Part shown: in pieces, positions 34,378-43,409 of the stretch
Numbering within the stretch: position 1 is the first letter of the stretch
Layout: each line of letters begins with the position of its first letter
Assembly: GCA_977017575.1 (NCBI GenBank)
Contig: CDRNVI010000002.1
Location: 310,001 to 374,000, forward strand
Reading direction: 5' to 3'
Length of the DNA stretch: 64,000 bases
Source: Paramoeba atlantica
Lineage: Eukaryota > Protista > Discosea
Position numbers and translations under genes: made by a program
The notes under the pieces: generated by a model
What the model saw: only the letters and a program-made list of their open reading frames with translations
Database searches by the model: none
Told to the model about the DNA's origin: nothing

Positions 34378-36118
34378 CAGTGGTTTCAGTTGATCTTGCC
34401 CCCCCCCCATCGGAATTTTGATTTTTTTATCCATTTTTGCTCATCTTTGCAGCATTGGAGAGATCTCGTTCCCCTAGCGAAGAGCTTTGCCGCCTTTTTT
34501 TCATAGAGACCCTCTGGTGCCCCCTGGGTTCGAAAAACACTGTTTTTTTGGACGTTTTCTGTGTACACAACCATTTTTTGTCACATTTTCCCTATTTTTT
34601 GTACATTTTGAACATGTAAGTACGAGTAATAGTGTTCTAAATTGATAATTTGAAAGCTCTATGTCTAGTACCATCCCTATCGCCTAATTTAATATAGTCA
34701 ACACCTCTACATTATGCAGACCAGACCCTCTAACCCCAAACAGGGGGAGTACGTACAAGGATGGAATGACAAAAGAGAAGACAATCCCCCAATATCCCAC
34801 AAAGGAACCGTGGCATTACCTCTTTGCGAGAGAAAAGAAATAATAAAGCAACACAAAAAGGGATTAAGCATACACAAATTATCTAATAATTTCGGACGTG
34901 ACCGTCGCACCATAAGAAGAATTGTTAACCTGTGGAAGGAAGGAGAAGATCTTACACCCCAAAAATCCCCAGGAAAAAAATCATCAAGGCGGTTTAAGGA
35001 CCTTGTAAAAAAAATTGTGGATGATGAAAACGAAACGTACGATGGTTGCTTAACTTATACTTGGATACACGAGCAAGTGCTGAATATGGGGTATAAATGT
35101 TCGTTAAACAAAATAAGAACTATTTTGAAAAATATTGATTACGGTAGATGGGCTAAGTCGCCGAACTGTGACCTAACTGAGGAACACAAGTCGCAGCGTT
35201 TGAGATTAGCAAACGAATTGCTTACATGGCCTAAAGAAGATTTAAACAAAATCATTTGGACCGATGAAAAGTTGTTTACCTGTGGGGTTCATGGGTCTCA
35301 GTTTTTCATTGGACCTAAAGGGTGCCAAAGAAAACCTCGCTGCAGAAACCGTAGGTGGTATGGGGGGAAGGGGGTAATGGCTTGGATGGGTATTAGTGTA
35401 GAACACGGATTTTTCTTGCACGTGTTTGAACCCAATGACAATACAACTTATGAAAAGGCGCACAAGGTCACTGGGGGAGTGATCCTTGACTCCTTTCAGA
35501 AGCCTAATGGGTTTTTACATTATCTCAAAGACCACGTTGACAATGTGACCGTGCAAATGGGTAATGCTACCACCCATAGCTTGGCAAAAGGTGAATTGAT
35601 TAAATATCGTATTAAACAATTGTCTTGGCCAGCGAATTCGCCTGATTTAAATCCAATAGAAAATGTTTGGAAACAAATGAACGGTATCATAAAGAAAAAA
35701 ATTAAGCCCCACAATCATGCTACCCTCGCCGATGCCATTAAAAAAGCTTTTCAGATTCTAAAACGTCCTCAAGAAAAACGTAAAGTGTGTAACACAATTG
35801 ATTCAGTCCCTAATAGACTTCAAAAAGTGTTGCAAAACAATGGAGGCCATTCCGGATACTAGTTCTTTTCCTTTAGAGTTAACTTTTGGACATAAAATCC
35901 GTTTTTCGTTCCATTTTTGATATGGTAAAAAAATATTATTTTATATTATTTTGGTCAACTTTCGGGTCACCCAAGGGGCACCAGGGGGTCTCTATGAAAA
36001 AAAGGCGGCAAAGCTCTTCGCTAGGGGAACGAGATCTGTCCAATGCTGCAAAGATGAGCAAAAATGGATAAAAAAAATCAAAATTCCGAGGGGGGGGCAA
36101 GATCAACTGAAACCACTG
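34378..36118 (+). mobile_element. Full-length Tc1-like DNA transposon (1741 bp)
   Basis: ~160-bp near-perfect TIRs starting CAGTGGTTTCAGTTGATCTTGCC, TA on both flanks. Confidence 0.96.
34714..35862 (+). CDS. Tc1-like transposase, intact frame, second catalytic Asp replaced by Gly
   Basis: HTH, WTDEK, QMGNATTH (expected QMDNA), WPANSPDLNPIENVW; 32-residue spacing. Confidence 0.92.
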   Translation: MQTRPSNPKQGEYVQGWNDKREDNPPISHKGTVALPLCERKEIIKQHKKGLSIHKLSNNFGRDRRTIRRIVNLWKEGEDLTPQKSPGKKSSRRFKDLVKKIVDDENETYDGCLTYTWIHEQVLNMGYKCSLNKIRTILKNIDYGRWAKSPNCDLTEEHKSQRLRLANELLTWPKEDLNKIIWTDEKLFTCGVHGSQFFIGPKGCQRKPRCRNRRWYGGKGVMAWMGISVEHGFFLHVFEPNDNTTYEKAHKVTGGVILDSFQKPNGFLHYLKDHVDNVTVQMGNATTHSLAKGELIKYRIKQLSWPANSPDLNPIENVWKQMNGIIKKKIKPHNHATLADAIKKAFQILKRPQEKRKVCNTIDSVPNRLQKVLQNNGGHSGY

Positions 36119-36153
36119 TATTTTGGGGCTTCTTTCACGGTGCTATTGACATA

Positions 36154-36860
36154 CTGTACCCCCCTATTTAAGAGTCCGTCGATTTTGGGCATTTGGACTC
36201 TTACTATCCCCCCCTATCCTAGCGTTGCCTCAGTACCCCCCCTCATTAGCGTTGCTTTTTAGACCGTCTCTTCAAGACTCTCTTGCCGCGAAGCGGCGAT
36301 TTTTTTTGACCCCCCCCCTCCTAGCGTTGCTTTTTCCCAAAATCAGGCAACGCTAGGATAGGGGGATAGTAAGTGGGGGGTCAGAATTTTCCGGACTCTT
36401 AAGTAGGGGGTCAGCATTTTTTCATAAAATTTCAATATGGCCGGTCCCTTTTTTCTCTATTTTTTCCTCTAATGAAGGTCGGCGTCTGTACTATCGATAA
36501 AATAGCAGTTCCAGGGAAGACCACGAAGAGGTCTCAACCATACTTTCCATTACGCACTCACATCAGGAGTGGTAAAGTTTATAAATGTCTGTAACAATTC
36601 TAGTCTAGTTAAGGGTTGAGGAGGGTGGCTGTGTTTCATGCTTGCCCGTAATCTACTCCTTCCTCGGAGTACTATCACGTACATGTATAGATAAACATGT
36701 ATAGATAACATGTATAGATACGCTTGGAAATATTAAAAACGCATCTAAACGCAATGAGCTGACAAAAAAAATAACAAAAAAATTGTCAGCCCAAGGCTTC
36801 GTCAAAAAGGACTCGTAAGTAGGGGGGGTACCCCTTGGACTATTAAGTAGGGGGGTACAG
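36154..36860. mobile_element. Non-autonomous CTGT-family element (707 bp)
   Basis: TA-CTGTACCCCCCTA(T/C)TTAA(G/T)AGTCC inverted at both ends; internal inverted repeat CCCCCTATCCTAGCGTTGCC. Confidence 0.8.
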
Positions 36861-37199
36861 TACATGTATTCATTTTTCCTCTCTCGAAAATTTTCTATCT
36901 CTGACTTTTTTGTTTCACCATGCAAATATTAGTGGGACAAAAATTAATATTTGTATGCGTCCTACACTTACACAATGAATGGAACCATTAAAAAATTTTG
37001 GACGACAGTAAAAATTCAGTGTAATTAGCCTTTGGGAAAATTCGTTGGATTTCTTCGTCGCAAAGGTCGGAAACAACTGAAGAAGCATCACCGCTGAGTC
37101 CGGGGGTGGTTTTAGTTGAAAACAGGTTGTAGTTACACGGACCAACATCCCCCCCCGAGGGAAAACAACTAGAATGTGACGAGTTCACATTCGAAATTC

Positions 37200-37640
37200 G
37201 TTCGATTTCGGAAAGCTAAACCAAACCGTTGACTTCCGAAATAATCGTCCAAGCATGCTAGCGTCGTACCGAGATATTGTCACCAGAAATCGCTTTCGAG
37301 AATCGCGATTATTCCCTGTACGGGTAATTTTCTTGACGTAAACAAAACTTGCAATTTTTTTACTCGCAAAAACTATCCAACCTTCATGGCTGGACACACC
37401 TCTTTTTCATCTTCGAAAGGCCTTCGTGAGCACTCTCTGTGGGTATGAAAATACGTCGCTACGAAAAGGAGAATACAAGGGTATAGCTCTGCAACTGCCA
37501 TTGTTAGAGTTCGATGACACCGTCAATCAGGCAGCCAATGAATTGCAAAGGTACCACGGTCAGCTACAAGGACAGGGAATTGGGAAGAACGAACGAAGGG
37601 CGCATATCCTTTTCGAACTTTCTCGACGAATATCCTAGAT
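37200..37640 (+). pseudogene. Degraded paralog of the CxxH transposase at 58982-59746
   Basis: RKGEYKGIALQLPLLEFDDTV aligns with TKGKYRGIALSHLLVRFDSNV. Confidence 0.5.
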
Positions 37641-37745
37641 ATCAGTGAACAGAATAGAGTACTCCTTCCCGAAGAGGAATCGCATATTGTACTGTGAGAA
37701 CTTATTCGGTCTATAAACGTTGGACTTCCTGCCACCTGGACAAGC

Positions 37746-39359
37746 CTACTGCCACCTGGACTTTCGAATCCATTCTTTAAATACCCCATAGAATCTGAAC
37801 TCTTTCACTGCGTCGGAATATTCGTTGGACTCATCTTTCATTTCTCCTCTTGTCGGACCCGTAACAGGGCACGTACGAAGGGTGCGGCTTATTGTCAGTG
37901 ACTCACTCGACGCATACTTCCAGGCTCTGTCCTTCATTTTCTCGGAGCTCACTGTGCTATGTGAGCTAGGACAGTTTCTACGTTTTCTCGTAGCACCCAT
38001 TAACATACCGTGTTTGGAGTCAATACGCTCATACAGGGGTGGCACATCTCGCGACCACAGCTCCGAATATGAACGCAAGGACAAGGGGATCCCCTCGTGT
38101 ATACAATCTACGCAATCCCGAAAGCAGGGTACCGAACCGACCACCGCTATACTCCGCAATGTCGAAGACGACGATGCATGGGTCCATAGCACATCGCTAT
38201 CATTTTCTTCCCTTAACCTGCATTTACTGTTCCTCTCTCCTTTCCCTGCTCCAGAAAGTCTTCCCCAGAAAGCTCTCTCCAGTGCCGGTCGCTCCACAAG
38301 TTCGGAATGTGTCGTATGGACCACGAGGTACTCTAAATTGAGTTTTATGCCGCACAACGCTAGCAGAGCTCCCTGCAATCCCACAACTCCCCATTTGGCG
38401 ATCTTATCCGAGCACGACATGCTGTGGCTGGGATGCCCACGACCGGGTTTCGTACGGACCAGTCCGGGGAGGAAATCGGAGGGATCGCCATGGGGAGCAA
38501 TCATCTGGTTGTGGAGGGCATGGGCCCCCGTGGTGGGTCGTTTGCGGAGAGTACCGCCGGGTGGGCAAGTAGCTCCAGAACGCAGCTTCTCCGGATGAAC
38601 GCTCTCTACAGGGATGTTATCCCATTCTTCACTCGTCTCTTTTTCCGCACTCTCACCTGAGACAATCTTTATTTTCCTTTTCTTGACGCTCCCTCCATCG
38701 ATTTGGACATCATCCTCAAATTCCCTACCCGTCTCTTCTCGTATCTCCGGGACACACGCATCCCCACACGGGGGGTGGGATACGTACAACACCCACCCGG
38801 TCGATGGAAGGCCATCCCTTTTTTCCTCTTTTCGTTTCAGTGCGACATGCAGCAGTGCTCTCCGTGCTAACACCTCAGCATGACTATCCCGTAGAATATG
38901 AGAATACAAACCACCGGGGACGTTCCCCACACAACGAGATCCGGTACCCATACTGTGAACGATAGGAATTATTTTGGATGCTTCTGGATCTGTTTGATTA
39001 TTATTCGCATTCATTTTCTCTTCTCTGTGATACGTCTCTGAACTATTCAGATCCTCATGATGCTTTGTTTTCTCTTCTTGTTCATGATTGGTTTCTGGAC
39101 TGTTTGGGTTGTGATTCACTTTCTCTTTCTTATGATTGGTTTCTGGACTCTTCGTATTTTTATGATTATTGATGTTCTCTTCTTCTCTTTTATGATTGGT
39201 TTTACGTGAAACATGTACCAGCGCGGCTAGAATGGTACCCGAGGGGGTTGGAGTTCTGAACTCTGGGATTGTGTTATAATGATGTCGAACACAGCGGACA
39301 ATGGCACGGGTGTCCTCAAGAGTAAGGGAAAGGGGGGAGGTACTCGGGGTGGCTTTCAT
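37746..39359 (-). CDS. ADAT1: tRNA-specific adenosine deaminase (ADAT1-like, A_deamin domain)
   Basis: DSHAEVLARR, SHPPCGDA, RTKPGRG...SMSCSDKIAKW...QGALL; no dsRBD visible. Confidence 0.85.
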   Translation of the reverse strand: MKATPSTSPLSLTLEDTRAIVRCVRHHYNTIPEFRTPTPSGTILAALVHVSRKTNHKREEENINNHKNTKSPETNHKKEKVNHNPNSPETNHEQEEKTKHHEDLNSSETYHREEKMNANNNQTDPEASKIIPIVHSMGTGSRCVGNVPGGLYSHILRDSHAEVLARRALLHVALKRKEEKRDGLPSTGWVLYVSHPPCGDACVPEIREETGREFEDDVQIDGGSVKKRKIKIVSGESAEKETSEEWDNIPVESVHPEKLRSGATCPPGGTLRKRPTTGAHALHNQMIAPHGDPSDFLPGLVRTKPGRGHPSHSMSCSDKIAKWGVVGLQGALLALCGIKLNLEYLVVHTTHSELVERPALERAFWGRLSGAGKGERNSKCRLREENDSDVLWTHASSSSTLRSIAVVGSVPCFRDCVDCIHEGIPLSLRSYSELWSRDVPPLYERIDSKHGMLMGATRKRRNCPSSHSTVSSEKMKDRAWKYASSESLTISRTLRTCPVTGPTRGEMKDESNEYSDAVKEFRFYGVFKEWIRKSRWQ

Positions 39360-39529
39360 ACATGCGTATGTTATGAAAACATGCGCGTAGGAGAATAATG
39401 AGATTCGGAAAATAGATGTGTTCGGTTTCTACGGAACATGGAAAGTCAAAAAAAATAATTAGGTAAGAGGTATGAATCAAATTTTTACATAAAATACCGC
39501 ATTTAAAGAACTGAGGATTCTTTTGGAAA

Positions 39530-41518
39530 TTATAGAATATCGTCTATAAGCGAGGTTGAATGATACGTCAATTCTTTCGGCTTGGTACTCTCCAGCAAGT
39601 GTGTTGGAAAAGAGGCAGAGGGCAGGCCGTCCTGAATTCCCTTATTCGGCTCCTCTTTAGAAGGAAAAGGTGGCATTGCTTGTAGAATAAGCGGCAGTGA
39701 ATTGTGACGGCAAAGAACAGCGCACTCATGGGCTCTCTGTTGCACCTCCGGACTCGCATCCCCGCGGGCCGCGTAAAAAAAGGTCTCAAGACTATGTCGA
39801 AGTTCGGGATCGGGGAACATGAGGTAAAATTTAAGCAAGCAGCTGAGCACTCGGCTCCGTAAACGAGGTGTCGCGTCGGGGTACACCAAGTACAGTTTTC
39901 GAACCTGATCCTGAACAGTAAATTTCAGTGGAGTCGATGCCAGTTTTCCATACTCGCCCAGAACAAACGCACAAAGCGAAATCAATGCCTCAGGAGGTGG
40001 GCTCGATGCCTCAATTTGCGACAAGCTTTCCAGAGCCATCTCCACGGCACATTTTCGCATAGTACCCTCTCGTGTGAGAACGCGGCAGAAGTGTTCCCAC
40101 ACCTCCTGGCTGTTGCTTCCTAACGTGTGCACGACGTGAAACACAATGTTCACGTACCAATTCGGATCTGCCCGGTGTTTATCAATAATCGGTAGGATCG
40201 CGTGGATCGCACATTTTTGTAAATCATCGGATGCGCTAGTCTGTGCCACGTCTAACAACTCCCCGACAATCTCAGGGGCGTTTCCTACATTACACACCGC
40301 GGGAAGTGCCTCCATAGCTCGGCGCAGGACGAAACTGTCAGTGTCCTTTAGCCCAGCTAAAATCGCACTTTGGTACGACGAAAGGGCATGAAACGGATCC
40401 CCAGTTCGACACTCTGCGAAACGGGTTAACAGCCCAAACCCAAGAGTGCGTAGATTCGCATCTTTGGTGTGGGACGAACGGAGAAACCGACCCAGAAGCC
40501 CCCCAACGGCTTTGATCAGATCGGGATTGCTGTCCTGGTGAATGACGACTCGAATGGCCTCGATCACTACGCTGTTCATCGCGTTAGCTCGATTTGAGGA
40601 CCCACGTGAGGAACTTTTCCCTGCTCGATTCTCGATAAAAAGTTTGTTTCCGGCCTGGAGAATTCGTGCGAGTAACGCATCAATTTTTCCTTCCATATTC
40701 ACATCCGAACCCGGCGGGAGTTTGGCCAACACACGCAGTGCTCGAACTTGCAGCCAGGGAGCGGGAATACCGAAGTACGTGTAGTCCGGCTCAGACTCTT
40801 GTTTCAGTATAATACGTTCTAATACAGCATAAATCTCTCTTCGGGTGGCAGCAGTAAGCTCACCGTGCTCCGCAGATGAGCTCCCTGAGGTGTAAAGTTC
40901 CTCAAATAATGCAAAGCAGGCGTTCAACACACCATAGCCTCCATTTTCGGGAAGTGGTATCAAACTCTGCGCTACGGGAAGCAGATCTACATGTCGGGGA
41001 TCGCGCCGGTGAAACCCAACAAACGTTAGGATCGCTTTTTTCCGCGAACCCGATGACGTATTGATTGAGGTTGCCAGCCGTGCGATGTCATGGGAGAGAG
41101 CATCCAGGAAATCTGGACAGGGGAGATTGGCAGCAGCTGTGAGGGCTACACACTCAAAAGGCTCCTTGCCGGAGTTCAGGTCATTTCGAAGCTGATTCAC
41201 CAACAGAGTGAGCATGTCATCTTTTTCAGTTAGAAGAAGACTACAGGCGAGGTACCCGACGTACTTGGCATGAGGCTGGGTGCTACAGATCAGACGAATG
41301 GCCTCAATGTGTCCAAACTCAACATCGTACCCCATCATGGAGATGTAAAGCAGTTTACATACACATTTCTTGCGCTCATACTCGGTGAGTTGGGTTCCTT
41401 TTTGGAAGCGGGAGCGAATTTTGGCTAATTCTTGTTCCACGCGGTTTTTCTCTCCCGTCTCGTTTCCGGCCAGTCGCCGGACGTCCGCAATGAACGCTGA
41501 CAAACCACGCATATCCAT
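39530..41518 (-). CDS. AP2A: AP-2 complex subunit alpha (trunk only)
   Basis: MRGLSAFIADVR...RVEQELAKIRSRF...YERKKCVCKLLYISMMGYDVEFGHIEA, PAPWLQVR, EVQQRAHEC; probable start at 41518. Confidence 0.92.
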   Translation of the reverse strand: MDMRGLSAFIADVRRLAGNETGEKNRVEQELAKIRSRFQKGTQLTEYERKKCVCKLLYISMMGYDVEFGHIEAIRLICSTQPHAKYVGYLACSLLLTEKDDMLTLLVNQLRNDLNSGKEPFECVALTAAANLPCPDFLDALSHDIARLATSINTSSGSRKKAILTFVGFHRRDPRHVDLLPVAQSLIPLPENGGYGVLNACFALFEELYTSGSSSAEHGELTAATRREIYAVLERIILKQESEPDYTYFGIPAPWLQVRALRVLAKLPPGSDVNMEGKIDALLARILQAGNKLFIENRAGKSSSRGSSNRANAMNSVVIEAIRVVIHQDSNPDLIKAVGGLLGRFLRSSHTKDANLRTLGFGLLTRFAECRTGDPFHALSSYQSAILAGLKDTDSFVLRRAMEALPAVCNVGNAPEIVGELLDVAQTSASDDLQKCAIHAILPIIDKHRADPNWYVNIVFHVVHTLGSNSQEVWEHFCRVLTREGTMRKCAVEMALESLSQIEASSPPPEALISLCAFVLGEYGKLASTPLKFTVQDQVRKLYLVYPDATPRLRSRVLSCLLKFYLMFPDPELRHSLETFFYAARGDASPEVQQRAHECAVLCRHNSLPLILQAMPPFPSKEEPNKGIQDGLPSASFPTHLLESTKPKELTYHSTSLIDDIL

Positions 41519-41743
41519 TTTATGGCAGTGTGTAAGGAGTGAGTAAGTGTAAGAAAAAGACTCTAAATGCAATGTAGAATATTTTAGCGAAGAGAGGATA
41601 TGTGGGTAAGAGAGCAATTTTGCTTTCGATAAGATATACCCTGCCATACATTGGGCATTCAGAACATTCAAGGGCGGTTAAAAAACAATTTTTCTTGATT
41701 CATAAAGGGAAAGAACAAAAGAAATTTACTTTACTTCAGAAGA

Positions 41744-42889
41744 TTACTCATTATTGCATGTAGATTGATTTACTAATTGGTTGATATGATTCGACAAGGC
41801 AAGTAATTCATTGATTTCCAGATGAGAGGCACAACTTCTCAACCGTTCAAAATTGCAAACCATTCTCCTGCTGCGCACGTACTTGACGTAGTAAAAATAC
41901 GTGAAGGCACCCATGAGAAGCTGGCAGTCCATCCTATCCGTCATTCCTCCATGTCCTGGGATAAGATCACTAAAATCTTTTAGTTTGAAAGCACGTTTGA
42001 AACCACTGGCAAAAAACCCTGCGGCAGGCGCGATCAAGGACGCAAAAGCTGCTAAACTTAGTGCATGCAGCTGCACGGGGCGAAACGTGAAAACACTTTC
42101 GCCTCCCCCACAGCCAAGGAATAACTTAGCGAAAAACTGAAGCATACGGTGCTCAATTATTATTTCTTGGGGTAGAAAAGTCAGCGGTATGTCGCTATAC
42201 ACAGGGCTACTAAAATCTTTAGTTTCGCATACGAGGGATGGAAATTGACTTAAAAAGTCAGAAAAGAACCATGCCCAAGCAATTGTGAATAAACAGGCTC
42301 CCGCGAAACCTTCGAGCGTTTTATTCGGAGATAAATGCGACAGTCGAGTTCTTCCGAATAGTTTTCCGCATACATACGCAAAAATATCATTCACAACCAC
42401 ACAGCTACAGGGAAGGATAAACCAAAACATCCCTTGTAGCATATTCGGTACCACGAGAGAACTCTGTACATTAATAAAGAGCAGAGTGACAGTGACCCAA
42501 GTAAGGTGTTCAAACTGTGAGCGGATGAGTCCTTTGCGAAGACTCACTACAAACATGAGAAACCCGATCAAGTATGTGACAAAAGTAAGAAAGTGAAAAT
42601 GCTCATAAAAATGTATCGCTTCCGGCCACGAGGCTACCAGTTGAGGTCGCAGATTCATTAACGTGAGAGAAACCGACGTGATGAGCAAAAGATAGTCCGG
42701 AAGAATGCGAAACAGCAGGACTTGGCTTGCGCGTTTCTGACTGTTACTGACGGCGGTAATTTCGTGAAACATGCGCAACTGGATGAGTAGAACGAAAATT
42801 ATGGTGGGAAGAGTCCCAAGATATAGGATAACGCCGAAACCTGCCACCATGAATATGGTGAGCAACAGCCTCTTCCAGAATTCGTGCAT
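41744..42889 (-). CDS. CDS1: Phosphatidate cytidylyltransferase (CDP-DAG synthase)
   Basis: SPNKTLEGF and SGFKRAFKLKDFSDLIPGHGGMTDRMDCQ signature; multiple TM helices. Confidence 0.95.
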   Translation of the reverse strand: MHEFWKRLLLTIFMVAGFGVILYLGTLPTIIFVLLIQLRMFHEITAVSNSQKRASQVLLFRILPDYLLLITSVSLTLMNLRPQLVASWPEAIHFYEHFHFLTFVTYLIGFLMFVVSLRKGLIRSQFEHLTWVTVTLLFINVQSSLVVPNMLQGMFWFILPCSCVVVNDIFAYVCGKLFGRTRLSHLSPNKTLEGFAGACLFTIAWAWFFSDFLSQFPSLVCETKDFSSPVYSDIPLTFLPQEIIIEHRMLQFFAKLFLGCGGGESVFTFRPVQLHALSLAAFASLIAPAAGFFASGFKRAFKLKDFSDLIPGHGGMTDRMDCQLLMGAFTYFYYVKYVRSRRMVCNFERLRSCASHLEINELLALSNHINQLVNQSTCNNE

Positions 42890-43409
42890 GGAAACAAACT
42901 GTTGGGCGAAACGTAATCAACGGCTCCTGTGACAAACAACGCGATAGATACAGAAGAGTATAGAATAGGAAATTTACTAAGCCATGATCCTCATTCGACT
43001 AATAACGCCAATACAAAACACAGAAATGTAGAAGAGTGTCGAATACTTCATTAAAATTGACGTCCAATATCCCTTGATTTTGAATATTTGCGGGACATTT
43101 ACTAAGTACGGGGAACGGCACCAAGCGTTCTCACAACGAAACAGTTTCTTATTTCTGTGTCTTATCTATGATGTCTCACGCTCCAGCGCTTTGCTAGTAC
43201 GTATGGCAAACAACTCTGGTCCCCAGTTTGACTCATTGCAGATGCTTTAAAGGAATGCTTTTGAGGGTTACCTTTTGCTAGTAACCTTTTGAGTAAGAAA
43301 TCATGGAATCAACTACTCCGTTGTTTGTCCGCCTTGTTGATCATGGTGAGCTGCTTTTATTCGGTTTGATCGCGTACTTCATCGTTTTACAGCAGGTAGT
43401 GTTGAAAAC

